This document shows positions 53,650-64,000 of a stretch of 64,000 bases of DNA, one piece after another; within the stretch, counting starts at the first letter, position 1; every line of letters starts with the position of its first letter. Both the position numbers and the translations under genes were made by a program. Origin of the DNA: Camelus dromedarius. Taxonomy: Eukaryota. The notes under the pieces are model-generated. The model ran no database searches. It saw only the letters and a list, made by a program, of their open reading frames with translations, and had not been told where the DNA came from. The DNA lies in NCBI RefSeq assembly GCF_036321535.1, contig NC_087437.1:12216001-12280000 (forward strand). The letters run 5' to 3'.

Positions 53650-53867
53650 AAACCACACCCTTGCCTCTCCTGACTCTGCTCTGAGCCCTGGCCTCTCCCA
53701 GAGCTCACGTCTTCTCCAGAACTGGCACCAGCACCACACGCTGGGTTTTTCCGCCACAGGGAAGATTCCACTTTGACAAACAGGTTGCTGGTTCCAGGAT
53801 AAGTAATGTATCAGTGCTTGTGGTTTGTGTTCTTGACCAGATACTTCCAGGCTCAGAGCGGGCTGAT

Positions 53868-54364
53868 GCGTTGGTTTCCTCTGGTCAGTATAACAAATGC
53901 CCACAAACTTGGAGGTTTTAAAACCACACAGAAGTATTCTCTTACAGCTCTGGAGGTCGCAAGTCCAGAATCAGTTTCATGGGCTAAAACCAAGGTGTCA
54001 ACAGGGTTACTTCCTTCTGGAGGTTCTGAGGAAGGAATCTGTTTCCTTGCACTTTTTAGCTTCTAGTGACCGCCTATCTTCCTTGGCTTTCGGCCCCTCC
54101 TCCACCTTCCTAACATGTCTCTCCAAATCTGCTTCCACCGTCAGTATTATCCCTTCTTCTCTTCAGTAATTAAATCTCCACTGCCTTCCTTTCATAAGGA
54201 ACCCTATGATTCCATCGGGCTGCCAGATAACCCAGAAAAACCTTCTCGTCTTGAAGATCCTTAACTTTAATCCCATCTGCAAAGTTCCTTTTCCAGTGTA
54301 ATATTCCCAGGTTCTAGGGATTAGGACCTAGATTCCTCTGGGGGCCATTACTCAGTCCACCACA
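53868..54364 (-). mobile_element. MLT1D-like MaLR LTR
   Basis: taacaaatgcccacaaacttgg...ttctcttacagctctggaggtc...catctgcaaagttcc...caggttctagggattagg...gggggccattactcagtccaccaca. Confidence 0.8.
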
Positions 54365-54403
54365 GCTGGCTCAAGGGAGCCATTCTACCTCCATGTCTTC
54401 CAT

Positions 54404-54769
54404 GATGTCAGTGGTTGTGTTCCCCGCCCCGCCAGATTCATAGGTTGAAATTCTAACCCCTGATGTAATGGCATTAGAAGGTGGGGCCTTTGAGAGGCGA
54501 CTGGGACACAAGGGCAGAGCCCTCATGTCTGGGATTAGTGCCCTTATAACAGAGACCCCAGAGGTCTAGTTTGCGTCCCCACTGCGAGAGGACACAGCCA
54601 GAAGCACAAGCTGTGAGCCAGGAAGAGGAGGGCCCTGCCTGGAACAGGACCATGCTGGCACCTTGATGCTGGACCTTCTAGCCCCGAGAACAGTGAGAAA
54701 TATAATTTTGCTGTTTCTTAACTACCAGTGTATGGTGTTTTGTTTTAGCATCCCAAGCTGACTAAGTCA
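54404..54769 (+). mobile_element. MLT1A-like MaLR LTR
   Basis: attcataggttgaaattctaacccc...ggtggggcctttg...gggattagtgcccttata...gctggcaccttgat...gctgactaag. Confidence 0.8.
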
Positions 54770-54866
54770 GTGTCCTCTCCACGGTAATGCAGGACTAGAG
54801 GTCAGCATTGCTCCTGCTTCTCTGGACTTCCCTCATGGTCCCCTGGCTCAAAAATGTCAACCTCTC

Positions 54867-55450
54867 TGTTGCCAAAAGATGGGACCCTGTCCCCAGTGAG
54901 CCAAACAACTCCCAGACAGGGTCTTAGAGCTTAGAAGAAAAGAGACAGCTTTATTATTTTACTGGGTAAAGGGGACTCACTGCAGACTAGTGCCTTCAAC
55001 ATTGTGAACCCACCTACAGGAAAGGGTAGGCTGATTACATAGTTCAAACAATAAACAATCAACAGAACCACCTTCTCTTGTAAGACTTAGAGTGGCGTCA
55101 TGATGCCTCCAGGCCACCAATTCTGTAGAAGCTAGAAGTTGTCACTTTTTCAATCTCTTTATCTCGTTCGTAAGCGCCCAAGGTGTGGTCTTCCTGGTAT
55201 TTAGCCTACTTCATAAGGTTACAGTTCTGTGACCTTCTCCCTGGAGATCAACTCAGAAACCAAGTATGATTATTACTTTCACTTACTGGAATAAAGCAGA
55301 AACAGTCCAATTAATAGCTTTATAGTTTTAACAACGGGCCTGGAGCTGTGAGTAGCAACTGGTCAGTTAGGTCAGTTGACCGTTTTAAGGGCAAGCATAG
55401 AACAAGCAATCTGTTAGCCTAAATGTGGCCACTTTATTAATCCTCCTTCA
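54867..55450 (-). mobile_element. ERV1-class solo LTR, copy B
   Basis: TGTTGCC...CCTTCA termini, near-TSD TCTC/TCGC. Confidence 0.85.
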
Positions 55451-55959
55451 TCGCCTCACTCTCTCCTGTCCTTTCCCAGGTCCACTTTTCTTAGTCCGTA
55501 GTCTTTTGCATGCTTTTTGCAGAGTTAGTTTCATGTGTAAATATCTGGGCCACTTCTTTTTTTTTCCCCAAAATGTTGAAATTTTAAGCAGCAAATGTTA
55601 ATTTATCAACAAAATCCTTTCCAGTAAAAATAGGTAAGAATATTAAAAATACTGAATTTAAGAAAATGCGTAAGAGGCAAAGAAGGAGAGAAGGACACTC
55701 TCTAAATATAAGTAGAGGACAAGAGTCCAAGGCCTGTGAGTGGTTAGGACCCAGACTTGATCTGACACAGCCCCCAGGAGGGGAGAGACTTCCAAGAGAA
55801 ATGGCTACAGGGTGCCCTGCAGAGGCTAGACCCTGCGTCCAGGGCACAGAAGCCAAGAAAGCTAGACATACAGGTCAACCTGGGCTCAAACCTTGGGCAT
55901 GTACCAGCAGAACCTGGTTGATTGGTTGGTTGATAAGTTTATTTATGTACCTATTTCTC

Positions 55960-56640
55960 TTTTTTAATTATCAGGATGTAATTCACAAAACATAAATCTA
56001 CCCTTTTAAGTTGTATAATTCAGTGATTCTTGATATAGTCACTAAGTTGTTTCACCATCATCACTAATTCCAGAGCATTTTCATCACTCTGAAAAGAAAC
56101 TCCATACCCGTTAAGAGTTATTCACTAGTCCTCTCTCTCCCAGCCCCTGGCAACCACCAATCTACTCTCTAAGGATTTTCATATTCTGGACATTTCATAT
56201 AAATGGAATCATATAATATGTAGCCTTGTAAGTCTGATCTATCTCTTAGCAAAATGTTTTCAAGATTCCTCCATGTGTAGTATGTACCAATCTTTCATTT
56301 CTTTTTATGACCAAATCATATTCCATTGTATGGATAGACCACTTACTGTTTATCCATTCATCAATTGATGGACCCTTGGGTTGTTTCCACTTTTTGGCTG
56401 TTAGGAATAATGCTGCTATGAATATTTGTGCACATGTTTTTACTGAGACATATGTTTTCAGTTCTCTTGTGTATAGACCCAGGAGTGGAATTCTGGGGTC
56501 ATATGTTAGCCCTGTTTAGCCTTTTGAAGAGCTATCAAACTGTTTTGCAAAGTGGCTACACCAATTAATATTCTCACCAGCAGTGTTGAAGTTTTCCAAT
56601 TTCTACATATCCTCGTCAACACTTGTTATTGTCTATCTCT
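55960..56640 (-). mobile_element. Old L1 (L1MB-type) 3' end
   Basis: ttccagagcattttcatcactctgaaaagaaactccatacc...cccctggcaaccacc...attctggacatttcatataaatggaatc. Confidence 0.85.
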
Positions 56641-57068
56641 TCTCTCGGAACCCACCCCCCAAAGTTTGATTGCATGATACCCCAGGTCATTTGTATAACC
56701 CTGGAAGAAGGATAAACTCTCATAACAATAGACTGAATTCACTAGTATCAGGAAGTACAGGGATTTACAGTCCAATCAAATCTAGTTTAAAAAAATTAGG
56801 CATTCTTCCACACCTGCAAAAAATATATTTGTTTATTTAATCTTTTTTCTGTAGTATCAGAAGTCTAATATAGTGCTTCCCAACCTTCTTCCACATTATG
56901 CTACACATGTGTTAGCAACATTTGCATGGCCCGTGGCAGCAAACTAAGGAGTCTGCTAATGGATGAATGCATTGAGTCAAGGTCTTAGTTCTACTTAACC
57001 CACCATCAGACCCTGCCCACCCACTGCAGGCTGAGAGGATCAAAGACACAGGCACATTTCTAACCCAA

Positions 57069-57250
57069 TTTTATTTTATTTATTTTTTATTTTTTTATTG
57101 AAGTGTAGTTGATTTACAGTGTTAATTTCAGATTTGTTTCCATTCTATATTATAAGAAATTGAATACAATTCCCTATGCTACATAGCAGGCTCTTGTTGT
57201 TTACCTATTTTATATATAGTAATATGTATCTGTTATCTAACTCAATTTTA
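57069..57250 (-). mobile_element. Short L1 3' terminal fragment
   Basis: (TTTA)n tail then attgaagtgtagttgatttacagtg...ttgaatacaattccctatgct. Confidence 0.75.
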
Positions 57251-58676
57251 GAAAACCAACTGGAAAGCTCTATTCTACTGAATATAGCTACGATGTTCCT
57301 TTTGACCTGGAGGTAAAGGTAGCATGAAATGAAAAGAATACTGGACAGGAGAAGACCTGCGCTATGGTAACTCATCTGGCCATAGAGCTTTTTCTCAAGG
57401 AAGCTAACAGTATGACCCACAGTGTCCAAAAATGGGCACTGATCCCTCTCTAAGAGGGCTCAGCATGAATGGAGTATGGCCCAGGCTATAATGACTGCAG
57501 ACAGAGGGAGGTCAGGGCTGCGTGGTGATAGTTTCAGATTGCCTCTCCAGATTGACACAAGCACAAAGCTAGAGGCATGGGGATAAGATCCAGCCATTGA
57601 GGAGAAGGCAGCTGGTAAGAGCTAGCTAGAGAATCTGGGCCTCAGCCCGAAGGTGCTGGGGAGTAGACGGGGAGTTGACCAGTGACAAGGTCCTGTCTCA
57701 GCTGAGAAACTGATGAGAATGAGGTCATGCCTTCTGGAGCCCACTGGAAGTTGAGCACCTGCTTGCCATCGCAAGAACACCTAAGGTGCCTTAACCTGGT
57801 TCATTTAAGTGGGGAGACCAATATTAGTGCCAGTACCCTAGCAGACCTAGAGTGGGCACAAGTAAGCCATGTGTGCAGTGCCCAGATGTCCTGGAGCAGC
57901 TCTGACAGTCTCCATTCCTCATTAAGGTGGAAATCATGTGATCGTTTCATTGTTCTGTCCAATCTGAATAACCCAATGTGCCTTGAAAATTCTTGCTCTT
58001 TTGTGGCCTTGATTTTGTAAAGACAAGTGTATATATTTGTTAAAAATACATTGACAACTAGGCCTTCCTTTCTGTGGTAGATATATCCCCTAAAAGTTAT
58101 GAGCATATTATAATATTCAGATATTAATAAATATTAAACACATTATTTAAGTTCACTACTTTGGGGACTGTATTATGACTTTTGTTACATGAATTTTCCT
58201 TTTTCCCCAAAAGAATAAATATGCAATGAATTTATTGTCGTGACAGTGGATATGCATACATACTAAGATTACGGCAAAGTAACTATGTATTTTTAATCTC
58301 CATATTATTATAAACTTCAAGGGCCTAAGGACCTCAAATGTATCTCTTCCTTTAGCACTTTTCTAGTGCTGTGCCTTGCACGAATAGACACTTAGAAATC
58401 CTACGTGATAACATTGTATTGGTCTTAATCTCAACATGCAAGTTGACATTATATCAATAGTCACTTATCACAGTCAGCAGAAGACTGGCCACTTAATCCT
58501 ACCAAAAAGGGAAGAGTTAAGTACTGGGCTAGTGAGATTCTTCTGGGGTCTAAGATCTAGATATACAATTTGAGTTTTTATTGTACAGAAGAGAGGAGGG
58601 CAAATACAAAACAGCTGAATAGTTAAGACACAGGCCTCACAAAAATTGGAATGCTGTCCTTAACACTAAAGATAAC

Positions 58677-61172
58677 CTGATTTCTGTGAAAAATGTTTGG
58701 AGTATGTCGACAGAGATTACATTAAATCTGTAGGTTGTTTTGGTTAGTATGGACATTTTAACAATATTAATTCTTCCAATCCATGAACGCGGGACATTTT
58801 TCTATTTAGTTGCGTCATCTTCAATTTCCTTCCATCGGTGTCTTACAGTTTTCAGAGTATAGGCCTTTCACCTCCTTGGTTACATTTATTCCAAGTATTT
58901 CATTCTTTTTTATTCAATTGTAAATGAGATTGTTTTCTTGATTTCTCTTTCTGATAGTTCATTATTAGTGTTTAGAAATGCAACAGATTTGTGTATATCA
59001 ATCTTGTATCCTGCAACTTTACTGAATTCATTTTTAGTTCTGTTAGGTTGTTTTTGCTGTTGTTTGTTTGTTTGGTGGAGTCTTTAGGGTTTTCTGTATA
59101 TAGTATCATGTCATCTGCAAATAGTTTTACTTCTTCCCTTCCAGTTTGGATGCCTCTTTTTTTATTTATATATACTTTTATTGAAGTATAGTCAGTTTAT
59201 AATGTTTTGTCAATTCCTGGTGTACAGCATAATGCTTTAGTCATACATGGGCATACATATATTTTCATATTCTTTTTTTGTATATTTTTTAATTGAAGTA
59301 TAGTCAGTTTACAGTGTTTGGATGCCTCTTATTTCTTTGTCTTGCCTAATTGCCATGGCTAGGAATTTCAATACTATGCTGAATAGAAGTAATGAGAGTG
59401 GGCATTCTCATCCTGTTCCTGATTTTAAAAGAAAAACTGAAAGCTTTTCACCATTGAGTATGATATTAGCCGTGGGTTTGTCATACATGGCATTCATTAC
59501 ATTGAGGTATGTTGAACAAATTATCCTAAAATTTGTCTGGAACCACAAAAGACCCTGAATATCCAATGTATCTTAAGAAAAAAGAACAAAGCTAGAGGTA
59601 TCATACTTCCTGGCTTCAGACGATGCTATGAAGCTACAGTCATCAAAACAGTATGGTACTGATCCAAAACCAGACACATAGATCAATGGAAAAGAATAGA
59701 GAGCTCAGGAATAAAACCATGTGCATGTGGTCGATTAACTTACAACCAAAAAGGCAATAATATACAATGGGGAAAAGACAGTCTCTTCAATAAGTGGTGC
59801 TGGGAAAACTGGACGGCTATATGTAAAAGAATAAAACTAGCACAATTTCTCATGATGTACACAAAAACAAACTCAAAATGCATTGAAGACCTAAATGTAA
59901 GACCTGAAGTTATAAAACTTCTAGAAGAGAACATAGGCAGAACACTCTTTGACATTGGTCCTAGCAGTATTTTTTTGGATATGCCTCCTGAGGCATATCC
60001 AAAGGGAATCAGAAGCAAAAATGAAAATATGGAATCCAATCAAACTTAAAAGCTTTTGCACAGCAAAGGAAACCATCAACAAAATGAAAAGTCATCTTAC
60101 TAAATGGGAGAAAATATTTGCAAATGAAGGATTAATAGACAAATATACAAAGAACTCATACAACTCAAAAGCAAAAAAACCAATAATCCAATTAAAAAAT
60201 GGGCAGAGGATCTGAATATTGGCATTTTTCCAAAGAAGACATACAGATGGACACAGGCACATGAAAATATGCTAAGCATAACTGATCAGCAGGGAAATGC
60301 AAATCAAAAATACATCTCACACCTACATGAATGGCTATTCTCAAAAAAATAAGAAACAACAACTGTTGGTGAGGAGAAAAGAGAACTTCCCTGTGCTATT
60401 GGTGGGAATGTAAATTGGTGCAGCCACTATGGCAAATAGTGTGGAGGCCTCAAACAATTAAAAAAGAACTACCATATGATCTAGCAGTTGCACTTCTGGT
60501 ATTTATCCAAAGAAAATTAAAACAATAATTCAAAAAGATGCATGTACCCCAGTGTTCATAGCAGCATTATTCATAAGAGCAAAGATATAGAAGCAACCTA
60601 AGTGTCCATCAACAGATGAGTGGATAAAGATGTGGTATGTATATGTGTATGTGTGTGTGTGTGTATGTGTTTGTGTGCGTGTGTATGTGTATATATATAT
60701 ATACACACATATATATATATATTCCATTGCATATATATATATGCAATGGAATACTACTCAGCCATAAAAAATAATGATATTTTGCGATTTGCAACAACCT
60801 GGATAAACCTGGAGGGTATTATGTTTAGTGAAACAAGTCAGAGAAGGACAAATTCTATGTTTTCACTTATATGTGGAATGTAAAAATTAGAACAAATATA
60901 ACAAAACAGAAACAGGGTCAAAGATATAGACAGCAAAGTAGTGATTATCAATGAGGAGAGGGTTGCAGGGAGGGGCAAAATAGATGAAGGGAAGTAAGAG
61001 GTACAAACCAGGTATAAAAATAAGTAAGTTACAAGGATGTAATGTACAGCACAGGGAATATGGTCAATATTTTATAATAACTTTGGAGTATAATCTATAA
61101 AATATTGAATCACTGTGCTGTATGTGTAAAAGTAATATAATACTATAAGTCAACTATACTTCAATTTTAATA
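58677..61172 (+). mobile_element. L1 with 5' inversion (58680-59512 antisense, 59513-61172 sense)
   Basis: Inverted ORF2 segment adjoins the sense segment at the contiguous L1 position; TSD aaagataac at 58668 and 61173; (TG)n/(TA)n at ~60635-60745. Confidence 0.9.
59159..59315 (-). mobile_element. Very short L1 3'-terminal insertion with doubled terminus
   Basis: Two copies of attgaagtatagtcagttta; perfect 15-bp TSD gtttggatgcctctt. Confidence 0.85.
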
Positions 61173-61970
61173 AAAGATAACTCTAGTAGCACAATTATAG
61201 CTATCATAACTCATTTTATCTCTGTTTTTAACCAGTATTTTGATGCTGTGCTCTCCTCTGCCTCATGTTTCTTCCTCTCTTGTGGTTTCTCTAGCCTCGT
61301 GGTTTCTGCCAACTTATTTTTGTGTTCTATGCCAGTCTTCTCTCTGTGTCATTCTTGGTGTGTTGAGTGTTCAAAACCTGTCAATAGTCATACTCTGATG
61401 GGAGAGGTGAGTCACCATCCAGCTTGGATACTCCCATTGGGCAGACGACTTCTAGATTCCATCATAGGCTGCTAACCAGCCAGGAGGTAGTTCACTCCCT
61501 TGAGAGCCTGTGGCTGACTTTCCCTTGAGAACCAAACCCTAATCTAGTCATTCTGCTTGGTCTGGCAGAATTCCATGATGCAAAGCATAGAAATCATTGT
61601 ACAGGGAGTTGCCTGCTGCCCCTTTTCTTAAAAACAAGCAGTGGGACCAGCAGACATTTGGTCCTTTCCATACTTTTACCTTGTTTTGGAATCTATGTGG
61701 AAAAGACCTTAGGTGAGAGTTGACCCTTCAGGAAGTATGTGTAAAGATGCAACAACATTGGGCTGAGTGTTGACTTCCTAAAACCCATATTTACATGACT
61801 GTTCCCTTAATTTCTAAAATTAAAATCTTTAGAGTTTTATACATTCTAACATATGTATATTTCTGCTTACTGCTTTCTGCAAGTCATATTTTTTAGCAGA
61901 TGGACTCTTATAAAAGCACCCTAAAGGGGAATACAGAACATTTTGTATATGCTTTTGACAGTGGATCTTT

Positions 61971-62528
61971 TATTTAATTTTGTATTATTTTATTTTTCTC
62001 TTAACACCTTTTATTGTGGTATGGTTCCTGTAGAGTAAACTACACATATTTCAGATGTACAATTTGATGAGTTTTGATAGATGTACACACCAGATAAACT
62101 ACCACCACAATCAAGACAGCTAACATTTCAATCACTTCCCAAGCGGTGCAATTTTCAAATTCCTAATTTCTCCCTTCCCACTGCCTTTACACCTGGCAAC
62201 CATAAGTTTGCTCTCTATGTCTGTGAGTCTGTACCTGTTCTGTAGATAAGTTGATTTGTGTCCTTTTTTTAAGATACCACATATAAGTGATATCATATGG
62301 CATTTTTCTTTCTCTTTCTGGCTTACTTCACTTAGAATGATGATCTCCAGTTCTATCCAAGTTGTTGCAAATGGCATTATTTTATTCTTTTTATGGCTCA
62401 GTAGTATTCCATTGTATAAATATATGACATCTTCTTTACCCAGTCATCTGTTGAGGGACATTTGGGTTGTTTCTAGGTCTTGGCTACTATAAATAGTGCT
62501 GAACATGCACCCCAATGTTCACACAGTT
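61971..62528 (-). mobile_element. Chimeric retro-insertion: young L1 3' region joined to an old L1M-type 3' terminus
   Basis: 13-bp TSD acagtggatcttt (61958-61970/62529-62541), T-rich tail at left, L1 peptide MPFATTWIELEIIILSEVSQ. Confidence 0.75.
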
Positions 62529-64000
62529 ACAGTGGATCTTTAATGTGCCCAGTGACCACCTCCTGATGCAGAGGACAGATTCCCATTTCACTCTTCTCAG
62601 TGTTCTAAGGGACTCCTTTGACTGCCTTATTCCCTCTAAATGGCTCTGTTCTAGCTTTTTCATTCCCAAATTAAATTAAAAGGAGGTAAGAAATACCTTT
62701 TTATTTGGCCAAATTCAAGTCATTCATTATGGCTTCCCCTTGGTTGAAGCTGAACAAAATTTTATCAGTAATACTTCTGAAGAAGACGGTGGATATAAGG
62801 AAGCTGCAAAACTACCAGACATGAAAAACGGACTCCTTGGCAGTCGTGTTGCTTTTCTATCAAGAACAGAAGCCAAAGCAACTCACAGGATTCATGCTGA
62901 GTTTAGCATTTTTGCTGAAAACAGGTACTTGACTGAATGTATTTGAAAAATTTTAAGTGGCATCACCTGGAACCAATGTCTTAAATTAATAGGGAGGTTT
63001 GAGCTAAACTATGCTGGAAAAAGAAGTGATATGTATGTGGTGTCTGTCAAAGCAAAGATTTCTCCTGCAAGAAATTCTAAATCAGCTGGTGAAATACAAG
63101 AATTTTCTGTCCTCCATCAGAAGAAATTTAAAAATCTGTCTTTTGCTCACTTCTGCTGTTTTGTATGTTAGCCACAACAGCCATGATGCCATTAAATTTC
63201 AATAGGAGGAAACAGGTACAACGTTTTATCCAAAAATTTCATCTGTTTTGTTGCGTGGATTACACTTGAAGGCAGTATTGTGTAAAATTAACACTTCTCA
63301 TCACATTAAAGTGTTCGGCTTCTTGTCGTCTAAGGTGCACTGTACCAAGAGTTCTTTCTCCAACTTGAAGTCTTCAAGAAAGCACATATCAAGCCATCAG
63401 TGCATTAACTAGCATTTCTAATTATCCGGTGTGCCTGTAGGTGCATGGCTAAGGCAGATTAAAGCCCATCTTTATTTTATTTATTAGTAGAAGGCATTTG
63501 ACACACTCCCATGGAATGTCTAGGACAGCAGGTTAAATCTCTTTCTTGTTCAATTTCAGTTTGGAACCATTACTGACTTTCTCTTGCCATATAAGAATAA
63601 CTTAGACATTGAATTAACCTTATCTCATCTGGGGTCTTGAGCGAACCCTTTCATCTTAGTGAAATTGTTCTTTAACTCCCTTCTCATAGAAGGAATTTCA
63701 AGATAAAAAGGGTAAGGAATCACCTATTCTAAGTTTTCCAAACTTATTTGAACACAGGTTATCTTTTTTGTTTTGGTTTTGTGAATTTCTAGAGAAATAT
63801 AGTGAATTAAAAACATGCCTTTTCTGCTGTTCCCTCCCAAATCTTTACTAAAATGATAGTAAGGGGATGTAAAAAGTATAAAGCATCAAAGTTAGCAAGA
63901 ATGGGAGTGATGCTAATTGCAGGCAAGAAAGAAGACAAGAAGATGGAAAGTAGATAGACAGTAGGGAATACATTAGCAAAGTGGCAGAAAGCAGACTGCT

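Noticed and set aside
53063..55450. Single provirus with 5' and 3' LTRs
   Set aside because: No PBS, gag or pol between the LTRs; spacer is older MaLR DNA; each LTR has its own near-TSD
1..64000. Prokaryote-style systems (operons, CRISPR, defence islands) or a CpG-island promoter
   Set aside because: Sequence is mammalian and repeat-rich, with no long ORFs, spaced repeat arrays or CpG island

Overview
Mammalian, AT-rich, CpG-depleted non-coding DNA, very probably from a camelid (alpaca, llama or camel), judged by four tRNA-derived Vic-type SINEs and lineage-type L1 3' ends. I cannot support any protein-coding gene: the longer ORFs are L1 ORF2 remnants, LTR or simple-repeat artefacts, or unrecognisable. 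Much of the window is transposon debris: young and old L1, L2, MIR, six ERV1-class solo LTRs with 4-bp TSDs, MaLR/ERVL pieces, and hAT and Tc1/mariner fossils. Between these lie repeat-poor blocks that look like conserved non-coding or regulatory DNA. All six ERV1-class LTRs and most L1s lie on the minus strand, which suggests an intron of a + strand transcription unit. The most notable items are a candidate ancient Crypton/Eulor-like hairpin element (~43.5 kb), a TSD-bounded chimeric retro-insertion (~62 kb), a twin-primed L1, an L1-in-L1 inverted repeat, paired same-family LTRs and a few candidate + strand cryptic exons. No new multi-gene system is evident. Repeat family names come from recalled consensus sequences, not from a database search, and boundaries without TSDs are approximate.
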